DNA of 64,000 bases from assembly GCA_040905715.1 (NCBI GenBank), contig JBBDRA010000002.1:101968-165967 (forward strand), read 5' to 3'. The position numbers and the translations under genes were made by a program. This DNA comes from Minisyncoccota bacterium (lineage in GTDB: Bacteria; Patescibacteriota; Minisyncoccia; Phycocordibacterales; CSBR16-193). Position 1 is the stretch's first letter, and the number at the start of each line of letters is the position of its first letter. The notes beneath the pieces are model-generated. The model was not told where the DNA came from, made no database searches, and was given only the letters and a program-made list of their open reading frames with translations. Positions 46,423-55,259 of the stretch are shown here, piece after piece.

Positions 46423-46582
46423 TACCAGAGTACTTCTTTATTTCTAACTCGCTTCCGCTCATAAGGGCTAAAAGTCGCACAACCAGAGCACCTCTTAAAA
46501 TATCCCACCGTAACAAACTGTCGGCAAAACCAGTCTTCACTAGCAGGCGTTTCATGTTCCTTCAAATATAAAGGATGCCAAG

Positions 46583-47161
46583 ATGGTGAAGAAGAAGGTA
46601 AAAGCGAAAGTCGGCGAGAACAGATCTCCTCAGCTAACGGGTGAACAAATACAGTATATCGAAGAGAGAATAGCCAGTATTGGATCGGCAAAGCGTTCGC
46701 TCGATGAGTTGCAGGCGCAAATGGATCAGCAGATCGAAGAGGTTCGCGAGTCGTTCCGATCACGAACACAGCAGAGTGCTACTGTGGTTCAGGAAAAGCT
46801 AGATGAGCTCTATCAGTTCTGTGAGGAGAACGCCGAGGCGGTTACTCAGGGCGGACTTCAGCAAAGTGTGAAGGTAAGCAACGGGCAACTTGGTTGGAGA
46901 TTAGGGAATACCACCGTGGAAGTAATAGAAGCTGAAGATTCGGTGATAGCTCGTATCAAGCAGCGCAGTCTAAGTCGAAAGTTGTTGATACAGACTCCGC
47001 GACTGAACAAGATAGCTATCAAAGCTTTTCTGGAAGCCGGTTGCCGCATTAAGGGTGTTGTGCTCAAAACACCTCAGCGGTTCTTCGTAAAGCCCTCTGA
47101 GACCGTGGAAGGGGTCTCGAAAGATGTTCAGACACTTCAAAAGCTCTCCGGCAAAAAGTAA
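46583..47161 (+). CDS. Phage Mu Gam-like DNA-end-binding protein
   Basis: Blockwise similarity to Mu Gam as recalled from memory, not checked against a database: FCEENAEAVTQGG vs WCEANRDELTNGG, NGQLGWRLGNTTVEV vs TGDVSWRVRPPSVSI, RLNKIAI vs EINKEAI. Confidence 0.65.
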   Translation: MVKKKVKAKVGENRSPQLTGEQIQYIEERIASIGSAKRSLDELQAQMDQQIEEVRESFRSRTQQSATVVQEKLDELYQFCEENAEAVTQGGLQQSVKVSNGQLGWRLGNTTVEVIEAEDSVIARIKQRSLSRKLLIQTPRLNKIAIKAFLEAGCRIKGVVLKTPQRFFVKPSETVEGVSKDVQTLQKLSGKK

Positions 47162-47181
47162 GGAGAAAGGCGAAGAAATAT

Positions 47182-47205
47182 AAGCAACCCTTGCGGTTGC
47201 TTTTT
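47182..47205 (+). terminator. Intrinsic terminator after the gam-like gene
   Basis: Stem aagcaaccc-ttgc-gggttgctt read as caacccttgcggttg, followed by a T-run. Confidence 0.45.
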
Positions 47206-47234
47206 GTGTGGAGAATCCGGTCATTGCAGCTTTT

Positions 47235-47395
47235 TAATTTGTGATATACTTCTATCCCAACAACACAAGTGAGTAGATAAAGAGGAAGAGGGTGTAATTC
47301 CCCACAGTCGCGCTACTGTAAAGTCAGACCTTCTTTATCGAACTTTTCCAAAGCTCACCGTGACGCGCGTTTCGTCGACTTTCTATATATAAGTC
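47235..47395 (+). promoter_or_regulatory. Candidate cobalamin riboswitch in the nrdB-nrdA leader
   Basis: GAGGAAGAGGGTGTAATTCCCCACAGTCGCGCTACTGTAAAGTCAGACC contains a GGTGnAAnTCC-like core, CGCTACTGT (B12-box-like GCCACTG with one mismatch) and an AGTCAG element. The leader is 314 nt long. Confidence 0.4.
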
Positions 47396-47397
47396 GA

Positions 47398-47430
47398 ATT
47401 AACGTGTGCACGAAGTGCACACGTTTTCTG
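47398..47430 (+). terminator. Putative riboswitch expression-platform terminator
   Basis: Perfect 10-bp stem acgtgtgcac/gtgcacacgt followed by ttttctgtt, 45 nt before the nrdB start. Confidence 0.45.
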
Positions 47431-47475
47431 TTAAACAGAAATGGGCGCTGTTGGTTTATCAGTAACTTCACTTAT

Positions 47476-48786
47476 ATGAAAATCACTGAAGTTCGGAAAC
47501 GCAATGGCTCTGTTCAGGTATTTGATAGCAGTAAGATCACCAAGGCAGTTACAAAAGCGTTTGATGCGATTGAGGGTGGCAGCAACGCTGACGCGACAAA
47601 GGTGGCAAAAAATGTTGAAAAAAAGGTGGTAGAGATGTGTGAACAGGATGCAAAGCTCCCTGATAGTTCACCGAAGAAAAAATGTAAAGACGGAAAACCT
47701 TCAGTAGAGGAGATCCAGGATCTGGTCGAAGAAGCGCTTATGGAAATGGAGTTTTATGATGTCGCTAAGGCGTATATCTTGTACAGGAATAAACGAAAGG
47801 AGATGCGTGAGCGAGACCTTTTTCGCAAACGGATCAACCTTAAGCCGTATGAATATCCGGAACTCGTGGAATACGTTGATGCTATACGGCATTCGTACTG
47901 GATCCATACCGAATTCAATTACACAAGTGATGTGCACGACTACAAGGTAAATATCACGGACATAGAAAGAAGCGCTCTTAAAAATGCAATGCTGGCCATT
48001 GCTCAGATCGAAGTGGCGGTCAAAACGTTCTGGGGAGATCTCTATAAAAAAATGCCAAAGCCGGAGCTTGGCGCGGTCGGGTACACCTTCGCTGAAAGCG
48101 AGGTGCGGCATATGAATGCGTATTCTCACCTCCTTGAGATCCTCGGTCTCAATAATGAATTTGAAGACCTCGTTGATGTGCCGGTTATACAAGGCCGGGT
48201 TGCGTATCTTGAAAAAGTGGTTGCGCTATCTCGGACCGATGACAACAAAGAATACACACAGGCAATTCTCCTATTCTCTCTCTTCGTTGAACATGTGTCG
48301 TTGTTCTCACAGTTTCTGGTAATGATGTCATTCAATAAATACAAGAACCTTTTTAAGGGCATCTCGAATACTGTTGAGGCCACATCGAAAGAAGAACAGA
48401 TCCACGGACTCTTTGGTATCGACCTTATCAATACGATTCATCGCGAACACCCGGAGTGGTTTGATGATAGAACAAAAGCTCTCATTGAGAATATGACACA
48501 GGAAGCATTCAAGGCAGAGGAGGGAATAGTCGATTGGATCTTCGAGGCAGGAGAGCTTGATTTTCTACCGAAAAAGGACGTGAAAGAGTTTATAAAGCAA
48601 AGGCTCAATAATTCACTGGTGAGTATTAAAATGAAGCCGCTCTTTGAAGTGGATGAAGAGATCGTTTCGTCTCTCAGCTGGTTCGATGAAGAAGTGATCG
48701 GCACAAAGCACGTCGATTTCTTTGCAAAGCGGTCAATTAATTACAACAAACGAAAAAGCAGCATAACGAGCGCTGACCTTTTTTAG
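47476..48786 (+). CDS. nrdB: Ribonucleotide reductase small subunit NrdB with an N-terminal ATP-cone domain
   Basis: N-terminal MKITEVRKRNGSVQVFDSSKI (ATP-cone), then a ferritin-like R2 domain with iron ligands (EVRHMNAYSH, EEQIHG). Confidence 0.8.
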   Translation: MKITEVRKRNGSVQVFDSSKITKAVTKAFDAIEGGSNADATKVAKNVEKKVVEMCEQDAKLPDSSPKKKCKDGKPSVEEIQDLVEEALMEMEFYDVAKAYILYRNKRKEMRERDLFRKRINLKPYEYPELVEYVDAIRHSYWIHTEFNYTSDVHDYKVNITDIERSALKNAMLAIAQIEVAVKTFWGDLYKKMPKPELGAVGYTFAESEVRHMNAYSHLLEILGLNNEFEDLVDVPVIQGRVAYLEKVVALSRTDDNKEYTQAILLFSLFVEHVSLFSQFLVMMSFNKYKNLFKGISNTVEATSKEEQIHGLFGIDLINTIHREHPEWFDDRTKALIENMTQEAFKAEEGIVDWIFEAGELDFLPKKDVKEFIKQRLNNSLVSIKMKPLFEVDEEIVSSLSWFDEEVIGTKHVDFFAKRSINYNKRKSSITSADLF

Positions 48787-48805
48787 CATTTTAAAACAGA
48801 TCTGT

Positions 48806-50494
48806 ATGGAGAAAAAACAAGACTTTTATTGGCTCAATGAAAACAGTATTGCATTCTTGGAGCGGGGGTATTTGCAGGAAGGTCAGAGTGCACAAGAGCG
48901 CATCCGAGAGATAGCCGACACCGCTGAACGGTATCTCGGCAAAGAAGGGTTTGCCGACAAGTTCTATGACTATATGGCAAAAGGGTACATCTCTCTCGCG
49001 TCTCCTGTGTGGTCGAATTTCGGGATCGACAAAGGGCTTCCGATCAGTTGTTTTGGTTCGTATGTGGGCGACAGTATGGGGAGCATTATGTTTACCCAGT
49101 CGGAGGTAGGTATGATGAGTAAATTTGGCGGTGGAACGTCCGGATACTTCGGCGCACTGAGATCTCGCGGATCGAACATAAGTCAGAACGGACACTCTTC
49201 CGGCTCAGTTCATTTCATGCAGCTTTTTGACCTGATGGTAGATGTGGTGAGTCAGGGTTCTGTGAGGCGGGGTCATTTTTCTCCATATCTTCCGATCGAA
49301 CATCCGGATATAGAAGAGTTTCTGCAGATAGCAACAGAGGGAAATCCTATACAGAATTTGAATCACGCGGTAACAGTAAGTGATGAGTGGCTTCAGGCGA
49401 TGGTCGACGGCGATGAAGAGAAGCGGGCTCTATGGGCAAAGGTAATACAGCGACGAAGCGAGATCGGATACCCATATATCATGTTCTCTGATAACGCCAA
49501 CAATAATACGGTCGATGTGTACAAGGATAAAGGTCATAAGATCTACGCAAGTAATCTGTGCAGTGAAATAATGCTTCCCTCAAACGAAAAGTGGTCGTTC
49601 GTGTGCTGTTTGTCATCATTGAACGTCCTTCACTATGATGACTGGAAAGACACTGATCTGGTAGAGACAATGACGTACTTCCTTGACGCGGTCATCACCG
49701 ACTTCTGCACGAAATTAGAGGCGATGCGGGATTCTGATAAGAAGGAAAAACAATTGGCCTTTCAGTTCATGGAGAGAGCATATACATTTGCGAAAGAGAA
49801 TCGAGCTATTGGGATCGGCGTACTTGGATGGCATTCACTGCTCCAGTCACGAATGCTTTCCTTTGAAAGCGACGAGGCGAATCAACTTAATGTTGAGATC
49901 TTTAAGTCTATTCGGGAAAAGGCATATACAGCTTCAGAAGCTCTCGCAGAGGACTTGGGAGAGCCTGAAGTGTTAAAGGGATATGGAAGGAGAAACACCA
50001 CGCTTATGGCTGTGGCCCCAACAACGTCTTCTGCGTTTATTCTCGGACAAGTATCGCAGAGTATCGAACCGGTTTGGTCAAACTGTTATGTCAAAGATGT
50101 ACAAAAGTTAAAAGTCACCATTAAAAATCCATTTCTCGAAGATCTTTTAGAAGAAAAGGGAAAGAATACTCGTGAAGTTTGGGAAGACATTCGCAATAAC
50201 GACGGATCGGTTCAGCATTTGGAGTTTCTTACTGAAGAAGAAAGAAAGGTGTTCCGGACTTTTGCGGAATTGGATCAATCTGTAGTAATCGAGCAAGCGG
50301 CGGTACGGCAGCAGTACATAGACCAAGGGCAGTCCTTGAACATTGCTGTTTCTCCCGATGTTTCGGCAAAAGATATTAATCAACTGTACATTCAGGCGTG
50401 GCGTCAGGGAATTAAGGCGCTTTACTATCAGCATAGTGTAAACGCGGCGCAGGCGTTGAGCCGCAAAAAGATCTGTTTGAATTGCGAGGCCTGA
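48806..50494 (+). CDS. nrdA: Class I ribonucleotide reductase large subunit without an ATP-cone
   Basis: Active-site motif NLCSEI and the C-terminal Cys pair region. 562 aa. Confidence 0.85.
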   Translation: MEKKQDFYWLNENSIAFLERGYLQEGQSAQERIREIADTAERYLGKEGFADKFYDYMAKGYISLASPVWSNFGIDKGLPISCFGSYVGDSMGSIMFTQSEVGMMSKFGGGTSGYFGALRSRGSNISQNGHSSGSVHFMQLFDLMVDVVSQGSVRRGHFSPYLPIEHPDIEEFLQIATEGNPIQNLNHAVTVSDEWLQAMVDGDEEKRALWAKVIQRRSEIGYPYIMFSDNANNNTVDVYKDKGHKIYASNLCSEIMLPSNEKWSFVCCLSSLNVLHYDDWKDTDLVETMTYFLDAVITDFCTKLEAMRDSDKKEKQLAFQFMERAYTFAKENRAIGIGVLGWHSLLQSRMLSFESDEANQLNVEIFKSIREKAYTASEALAEDLGEPEVLKGYGRRNTTLMAVAPTTSSAFILGQVSQSIEPVWSNCYVKDVQKLKVTIKNPFLEDLLEEKGKNTREVWEDIRNNDGSVQHLEFLTEEERKVFRTFAELDQSVVIEQAAVRQQYIDQGQSLNIAVSPDVSAKDINQLYIQAWRQGIKALYYQHSVNAAQALSRKKICLNCEA

Positions 50495-50562
50495 TATCTT
50501 TGATGGCAGGAGACGGGTGGAGTCACGTAAAAATAGAAACACAAAATGGTACACTGGTGATA

Positions 50563-51078
50563 ATGAGAAAAGAAGATCAGCAAGGTTTTTCCCTTATTGA
50601 ATTACTCGTTGTCATCGCTATCATCGGCATACTTTCTGCGGTTGTGTTGGCGTCGTTGAGTGTGGCTCGAGATTCTGCCCACTTTGCACGAGCGAAAGCA
50701 GAGATGAGAAGTATCCGTGAGGCAATGGAGTTTTACTATAATGAGCACGGTGAGTACCCGGCAGATGCTAATCGGGGCCAGTCACCGGGTCTTGATGAGT
50801 ACCTTACTTCAGATGGATGGCCGGAAGGACCGTGGCCGGGGAGTGTGTATGACTGGGATGTGTGGGACATAGACGGAGATGGTGATGTTGATACGTATCA
50901 GATCAGTGTTCGATTTTGTCCTAGCGACACTTCTCCGCTAGAGGACTGTCGATTTCCTGACGAAGAGTGGGCGGATAACTTTGATCAACAGAGTAGCGTA
51001 TACTATTGTGTTGACGGTTCGTGCCAAGCTCATGTAGGTGAAGACGCTGATCACCCTGGATATTGCGTGAATTGCTAA
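50563..51078 (+). CDS. Type IV pilin-like protein (prepilin)
   Basis: Class III signal peptide MRKEDQQG|FSLIELLVVIAIIGIL with G-1, F+1 and E+5. C-terminal Cys pairs. Confidence 0.75.
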   Translation: MRKEDQQGFSLIELLVVIAIIGILSAVVLASLSVARDSAHFARAKAEMRSIREAMEFYYNEHGEYPADANRGQSPGLDEYLTSDGWPEGPWPGSVYDWDVWDIDGDGDVDTYQISVRFCPSDTSPLEDCRFPDEEWADNFDQQSSVYYCVDGSCQAHVGEDADHPGYCVNC

Positions 51079-51103
51079 AGCCTCTCTGTGCGAGTGTCCG
51101 TAT

Positions 51104-51160
51104 AGCTAAAATAAACACTAAAGACCCGGTCTTTAGTGTTTATTTGGTACTTTTTTGCAC
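51104..51160 (+). terminator. Intrinsic terminator after the pilin gene
   Basis: 17-bp perfect stem aaataaacactaaagac/gtctttagtgtttattt followed by a T-run. Confidence 0.6.
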
Positions 51161-51363
51161 AAACCTAATCACAAGAACAGGATGTGGAAGTTTTGTTTTG
51201 TGGGGTGGGGCTTCCGGTAGGGGCTCGGTCACACATAAATTTCCTGACGGAAATTTTGCGCGTTCCGTTATCACCGGTCTCGCACAGCTCGACATCGGTG
51301 ATTTCGCTTCGCGAACCTCCTGAAACATAAAGCAGTTTATGTTTCAGCCCCTCTCGTGGTTTT

Positions 51364-51500
51364 TGCCTTGCTTCGCAAACAAATCTTCTTGTGTTTTCTT
51401 CGAAAACATCCGCGAAGCGAATGTGTGCTTTTTTGGAGATGGAGCGCTTCGCTAGCAAGAAACACACATTCGGCTGCGCCTTTCTCGTCCCTACGCAGGC
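51364..51500. repeat. Repeat element copy B (homolog of 41258-41400)
   Basis: Same 53-nt core as copy A (positions 51385-51437) and the same cgaatgtgtg...cacacattcg hairpin with a different loop. Confidence 0.6.
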
Positions 51501-51519
51501 AAAGCAGTTTGCCTGCTCA

Positions 51520-51588
51520 ACGCCCACAAAGCAAAAATCTGCACGAATAATTCGCACAGATTTTTGCTTTGTGGGCGTTGAGGGACTC
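51520..51588. repeat. 24-bp perfect-stem hairpin overlapping a partial duplicate of the tRNA-Val 3-prime end
   Basis: caacgcccacaaagcaaaaatctg...cagatttttgctttgtgggcgttg. tgtgggcgttgagggactc at 51570-51588 repeats the sequence at 51720-51738. Confidence 0.55.
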
Positions 51589-51719
51589 AAATCTTACAGA
51601 TTCTGTACAGGTTTTCACTATTTTGTTTCGTTCCTCACAAAATAGTTGAAGAACCTTTTCGAGTCCGCGTTACGCCGCTGTCGCGGCTACGCCTCATCGT
51701 CCTCGCTCCTTCGTCGCTG

Positions 51720-51793
51720 TGGGCGTTGAGGGACTCGAACCCCCGGCCTATCCGGTGTAAACGGATTGCTCTAGCCAACTGAGCTAAACGCCC
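51720..51793 (-). tRNA. tRNA-Val (anticodon TAC)
   Basis: Acceptor GGGCGTT/AACGCCC, D-arm GCTC-AGTTGGCTA-GAGC, anticodon stem ATCCG/CGGAT with loop TTTACAC, T-arm GGGGG-TTCGAGT-CCCTC. Confidence 0.8.
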
Positions 51794-51891
51794 CTACTTC
51801 GCTCGGGTTGTCACCCGAGCTTCGAAGGACAAGTTGTATTTAATTTGTACCGCGTCTCGTCCTGCGAAGCTCGATTGCCAGTGAGAGCGTA

Positions 51892-51912
51892 GCGGGAAGC
51901 TAAACGCCCTAT
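51892..51912. repeat. Partial copy of the tRNA-Val 5-prime end upstream of the gene
   Basis: Minus-strand sense atagggcgtttagcttcccgc compared with the real gggcgtttagctcag. Confidence 0.45.
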
Positions 51913-51979
51913 AGTCATATAGCCTACGAAACTTATTCATTTTTTGCAAGAAACACCAAATCTCCCTATACTGAAAGTA

Positions 51980-52279
51980 ATGAGATCTGCAACCGATGAA
52001 AAAGAAATTGAGGCTTCTATTACCGGCAAGGTGCAAGGGGTGAATTTTCGTACGTTCGTTAAAAAACGCGCTGATGAACTCGGGCTCACCGGTTATGTTA
52101 CAAATCTTGATGATGGCTCTGTTGAAGTGATCGCTCAAGGTGAAAAGGAGCAGTTAGAAGAACTGGTTAGACAGCTTCACAAAGGTCCGCACTTTGCAGA
52201 GGTCGAAGAAGTTGATGTTTCTTGGCACGATTCACTACAAGATACGTTCACTGACTTTAAGATCAAGAAAATAGTATGA
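51980..52279 (+). CDS. acyP: Acylphosphatase
   Basis: Motifs VQGVNFR and GYVTNLDDGSVEV. Confidence 0.7.
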   Translation: MRSATDEKEIEASITGKVQGVNFRTFVKKRADELGLTGYVTNLDDGSVEVIAQGEKEQLEELVRQLHKGPHFAEVEEVDVSWHDSLQDTFTDFKIKKIV

Positions 52280-53007
52280 CCTATCGCGACGAACATTTGA
52301 ATGCCAAACGCGAGCTACCTGTAGAGGGTTCACCGCAGTGTGTGGGCGTGGTCATGGACGGCAATCGCCGCTGGGCGAAACGAAACGGTCTGCCAACTGT
52401 TGAGGGACACCGAGTCGGTTACAACAAGCTCAATAATCTAATGCAATGGGCAAAGGAAGAAAAGATCCCGTACGTGATCGTCTATGCGTTCTCAAGCGAG
52501 AATTGGAATCGTTCAGAAGAAGAAGTGAGTGCATTGATGGGACTCTTTCGTCACTTCTTCCGTTCCCAGATCAACTACGCTAAACGTAATAACGTAAAAA
52601 TTGTGTTCATCGGCGAGCGTGAACGTCTACCAAAGGATATACAGACCGGCATGACGCGTATCGAGCGTGAGACGCAGCACAACACCGCTCTGACGCTTGT
52701 CATTGCTGCTCCGTATGGATCACGTGGCGAGATCGTCGATGCGATCAATCGAATACTTGATACGCAGGGAGGCCACGATCATATTACCGAGGATATAGTA
52801 AGCGGTTACTTATGGACATCCGGCATACCGGATCCGGATCTTATTATTCGTACCGGCGGTCGGCGTCGGCTTTCGAACTTCCTACTCTGGCAAGCAGCCT
52901 ATGCGGAACTGTATTTTTCTGATACGCTTTGGCCTGATTTTGTTCGAACGGAGTTTACAAAGGTGTTGTATGATTACTCACTGCGTAAACGATCTTTCGG
53001 AAAATAG
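52276..53007 (+). CDS. uppS: Undecaprenyl pyrophosphate synthase (cis-prenyltransferase)
   Basis: Motifs VMDGNRRWA and RTGGRRRLSNFLLWQAAYAELYF. Confidence 0.85.
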   Translation: MTYRDEHLNAKRELPVEGSPQCVGVVMDGNRRWAKRNGLPTVEGHRVGYNKLNNLMQWAKEEKIPYVIVYAFSSENWNRSEEEVSALMGLFRHFFRSQINYAKRNNVKIVFIGERERLPKDIQTGMTRIERETQHNTALTLVIAAPYGSRGEIVDAINRILDTQGGHDHITEDIVSGYLWTSGIPDPDLIIRTGGRRRLSNFLLWQAAYAELYFSDTLWPDFVRTEFTKVLYDYSLRKRSFGK

Positions 53008-53050
53008 AATAAATTTCTCTTTCTACGTTTTTGATGTAGACACTCAATAC

Positions 53051-53803
53051 ATGAATCCAATCCCTGAAATACTTTTTGAAGATGAAGATATAATTGTTAT
53101 CTCAAAGCCACCTCGTTTGAACGTCCACGGTAATGGACGCGACGAGGAGTACACGCTCACAGACTGGCTTCTCGAGCATGATCCATCGCTTGTTGATGTT
53201 GGTGAACCACTTAAACTGGAGGGCGGCAAAACCATACCCAAGCCCGGCCTTGCTCATCGGCTCGATCGCGACACCTCCGGTGTGATGGTCATTGCTCGTA
53301 ATCAGCGTGCATACAAAAAGTTAAAGAATCAGTTTCAGGAGAGAGAAGTAGAAAAATGGTATCACGCGATCGTATACGGTGCAGTGAAAGGTCGGTATGG
53401 AGAGATCGATCAGCCAATAGGCCGGAGCTCGGTTAATTTTAAACGACGCACCACCAACCCTGAAACAATGCGCGGCCGCATGCGGCCGGCATATTCTGAG
53501 TACTGGGTTGCACTGAGTGCGCCCAAAGCGTCGCTTCTAAAGGTCCGCCCGAAAACAGGACGAACTCACCAGGTTCGGGTGCACTGCGCTGCGATCAAGC
53601 ACCCGATTGTTTGTGATCATCTCTATGCGTCTCATCGCGAGCGATTGCTCGGTTTCAGTCGTTCGGCCCTGCATGCATATCAGATCACGTTTACGCACCC
53701 CACAAGCGGCGAGAGGGTGGTATTCACTGCTCCTTACCCGCAAGATTTTGAAAATGCGGTCGAGGCATTGAAAAAAGAGGCTCAAACTGATACAAGTACT
53801 TGA
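53051..53803 (+). CDS. RluA-family pseudouridine synthase
   Basis: Catalytic motif HRLDRDTSGVMV and GRTHQVR. Start chosen at the internal Met. Confidence 0.75.
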   Translation: MNPIPEILFEDEDIIVISKPPRLNVHGNGRDEEYTLTDWLLEHDPSLVDVGEPLKLEGGKTIPKPGLAHRLDRDTSGVMVIARNQRAYKKLKNQFQEREVEKWYHAIVYGAVKGRYGEIDQPIGRSSVNFKRRTTNPETMRGRMRPAYSEYWVALSAPKASLLKVRPKTGRTHQVRVHCAAIKHPIVCDHLYASHRERLLGFSRSALHAYQITFTHPTSGERVVFTAPYPQDFENAVEALKKEAQTDTST

Positions 53804-53838
53804 AACTCTAACTAAGCTGTGTTACATTATCTTTCATT

Positions 53839-54414
53839 ATGACTACGCCAACGGTTACATTTTCACCGGTAAATATAGAGAAGCGCAAAGAGACCGATAT
53901 TCGAACGGGTGATACTATTCGTGTACATACGAAGATCATCGAGAAAGGTAAAACCCGAACCCAGCCTTTTGAAGGTTTGGTGATCGCGCGCAAGCACGGT
54001 GCTGAGCCCGGTGCTACATTTACCGTTCGCCGAACATCTGAAGGATACGGTGTTGAAAAGATCTTTCCGCTTTACTCTCCAAACATTGATAAGATCGAGA
54101 TACTGCGTCGATCAAAGGTTCGCCAAAGCAACATTTATCACGTTCGTGAGAAGGTGGCTAAGCAGATCCGTCGAGAGATGCGCCGCATGATGTTGATGGG
54201 CGAGCTTGCATTCTCTGAATCTGAAGAACAAGAAGCAACGAAAGCAGAAGAGGCGGTGGCAGCTCCGACGTCGCAAGACGAGTCGGAGCCCCGACCCGAG
54301 GGCGTCGGGGAAGCAGCCGAGGAAGCAACAACTAACGAGACACAATCAGAAACACAACCAGATGAGTCACCGGTCGAAGAAAAACAATCCGGTGGAGAAG
54401 AAACAAAAGAATAA
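53839..54414 (+). CDS. rplS: 50S ribosomal protein L19 with an acidic C-terminal extension
   Basis: L19 core (GDTIRVHTKIIEKGKTRTQPFEGLVIARK) followed by a Glu-rich tail of about 70 aa. Confidence 0.85.
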   Translation: MTTPTVTFSPVNIEKRKETDIRTGDTIRVHTKIIEKGKTRTQPFEGLVIARKHGAEPGATFTVRRTSEGYGVEKIFPLYSPNIDKIEILRRSKVRQSNIYHVREKVAKQIRREMRRMMLMGELAFSESEEQEATKAEEAVAAPTSQDESEPRPEGVGEAAEEATTNETQSETQPDESPVEEKQSGGEETKE

Positions 54415-54420
54415 GTAGAA

Positions 54421-54450
54421 AGTAAATCCACAGCTTGTGGATTTACTTTT
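54421..54450 (+). terminator. Hairpin agtaaatccacagcttgtggatttact plus T-run after rplS
   Basis: Seen in sequence. Confidence 0.5.
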
Positions 54451-54482
54451 ATCTAATTTGGTATACAATAAACACTAGAGAT

Positions 54483-55130
54483 ATGAGACGTGGATCAAAA
54501 CCAAAAGGGAAGGTGCGGATACAGTGGTCGTCTAACTTTGCGTATGCAATTGGTTTGCTTGCGGCAGATGGATGTTTATCAAAAGATGGTAGGCATATTG
54601 ACGTAACATCGAATGATTACGATCAACTTGAAAATTTTATTAAAGCTCTTGATATTGACGTAAAAATTACTCAAAAATCATCCGGAAGAGGGTATACAAG
54701 TTGGCATGTTCAGTTCAGTGATGTTCTTTTTTATAAGTTTCTTACTGAAATAGGTATAACCTCAGCAAAGAGTAAGACATTAAGAAAGCTTGATATTCCC
54801 GACGAATACTTTTTTGATTTTTTAAGAGGGGAATTTGATGGGGATGGACATTTTTATAGTTATTGGGATAAGCGATGGACGAATAGTTATATGTTTTATT
54901 TAACTTTTATTGGTGCAAGTCAGAAATTTCTTGAATGGATTTCACAAACTAATGAGCGTCTCATTGGTATAAAAGCGAATGTAATTTTTTGTAAAAAATC
55001 AAAGGTATATCAGTTACGTTATGCAAAAGAAAGCACTCTGGAAATAATCAATAAAATGTATTATACTTCCAGCGCACTTCATTTGAGGAGAAAAAAGAAA
55101 AAGATAGATGCTTTAGTAGTGCCTCGATAA
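54483..55130 (+). CDS. Free-standing double-motif LAGLIDADG homing endonuclease
   Basis: Motif 1 AYAIGLLAADGCL and motif 2 FLRGEFDGDGHF. AT-rich gene with its own ATG after the rplS terminator. Confidence 0.75.
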   Translation: MRRGSKPKGKVRIQWSSNFAYAIGLLAADGCLSKDGRHIDVTSNDYDQLENFIKALDIDVKITQKSSGRGYTSWHVQFSDVLFYKFLTEIGITSAKSKTLRKLDIPDEYFFDFLRGEFDGDGHFYSYWDKRWTNSYMFYLTFIGASQKFLEWISQTNERLIGIKANVIFCKKSKVYQLRYAKESTLEIINKMYYTSSALHLRRKKKKIDALVVPR

Positions 55131-55134
55131 TAAT

Positions 55135-55216
55135 GCCCAGGTGGCGGAATTGGTATACGCAATAGGTTGAGGGCCTATGCTCCTAGAGCGTGCGGGTTCA
55201 AGTCCCGCCCTGGGCA
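55135..55216 (+). tRNA. tRNA-Leu (anticodon GAG)
   Basis: Type II tRNA. Acceptor GCCCAGG/CCTGGGC, anticodon stem ATAGG/CCTAT with loop TTGAGGG (G37), variable arm GCTCCTAGAGCGT, T-arm GCGGG-TTCAAGT-CCCGC. Confidence 0.8.
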
Positions 55217-55259
55217 CAAAAGAACGAAGTGAATTTTGGGAACAGGGCTGCGAACTGTT

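Noticed and set aside
46229-46571. ORFs 46229-46555 (-), 46365-46571 (+) and 46422-46769 (-)
   Set aside because: They cover tRNA-Arg(TCT), its terminator and the structured repeat. The VGIEPTLRG ending is the tRNA T-arm read as protein.
51165-51645. ORFs 51165-51590 (-), 51356-51550 (+) and 51391-51645 (+)
   Set aside because: Fall in the repeat-rich intergenic region. The shared peptide VFSSKTSAKRMCAFL simply reflects the duplicated 53-nt repeat core also present at 41285.
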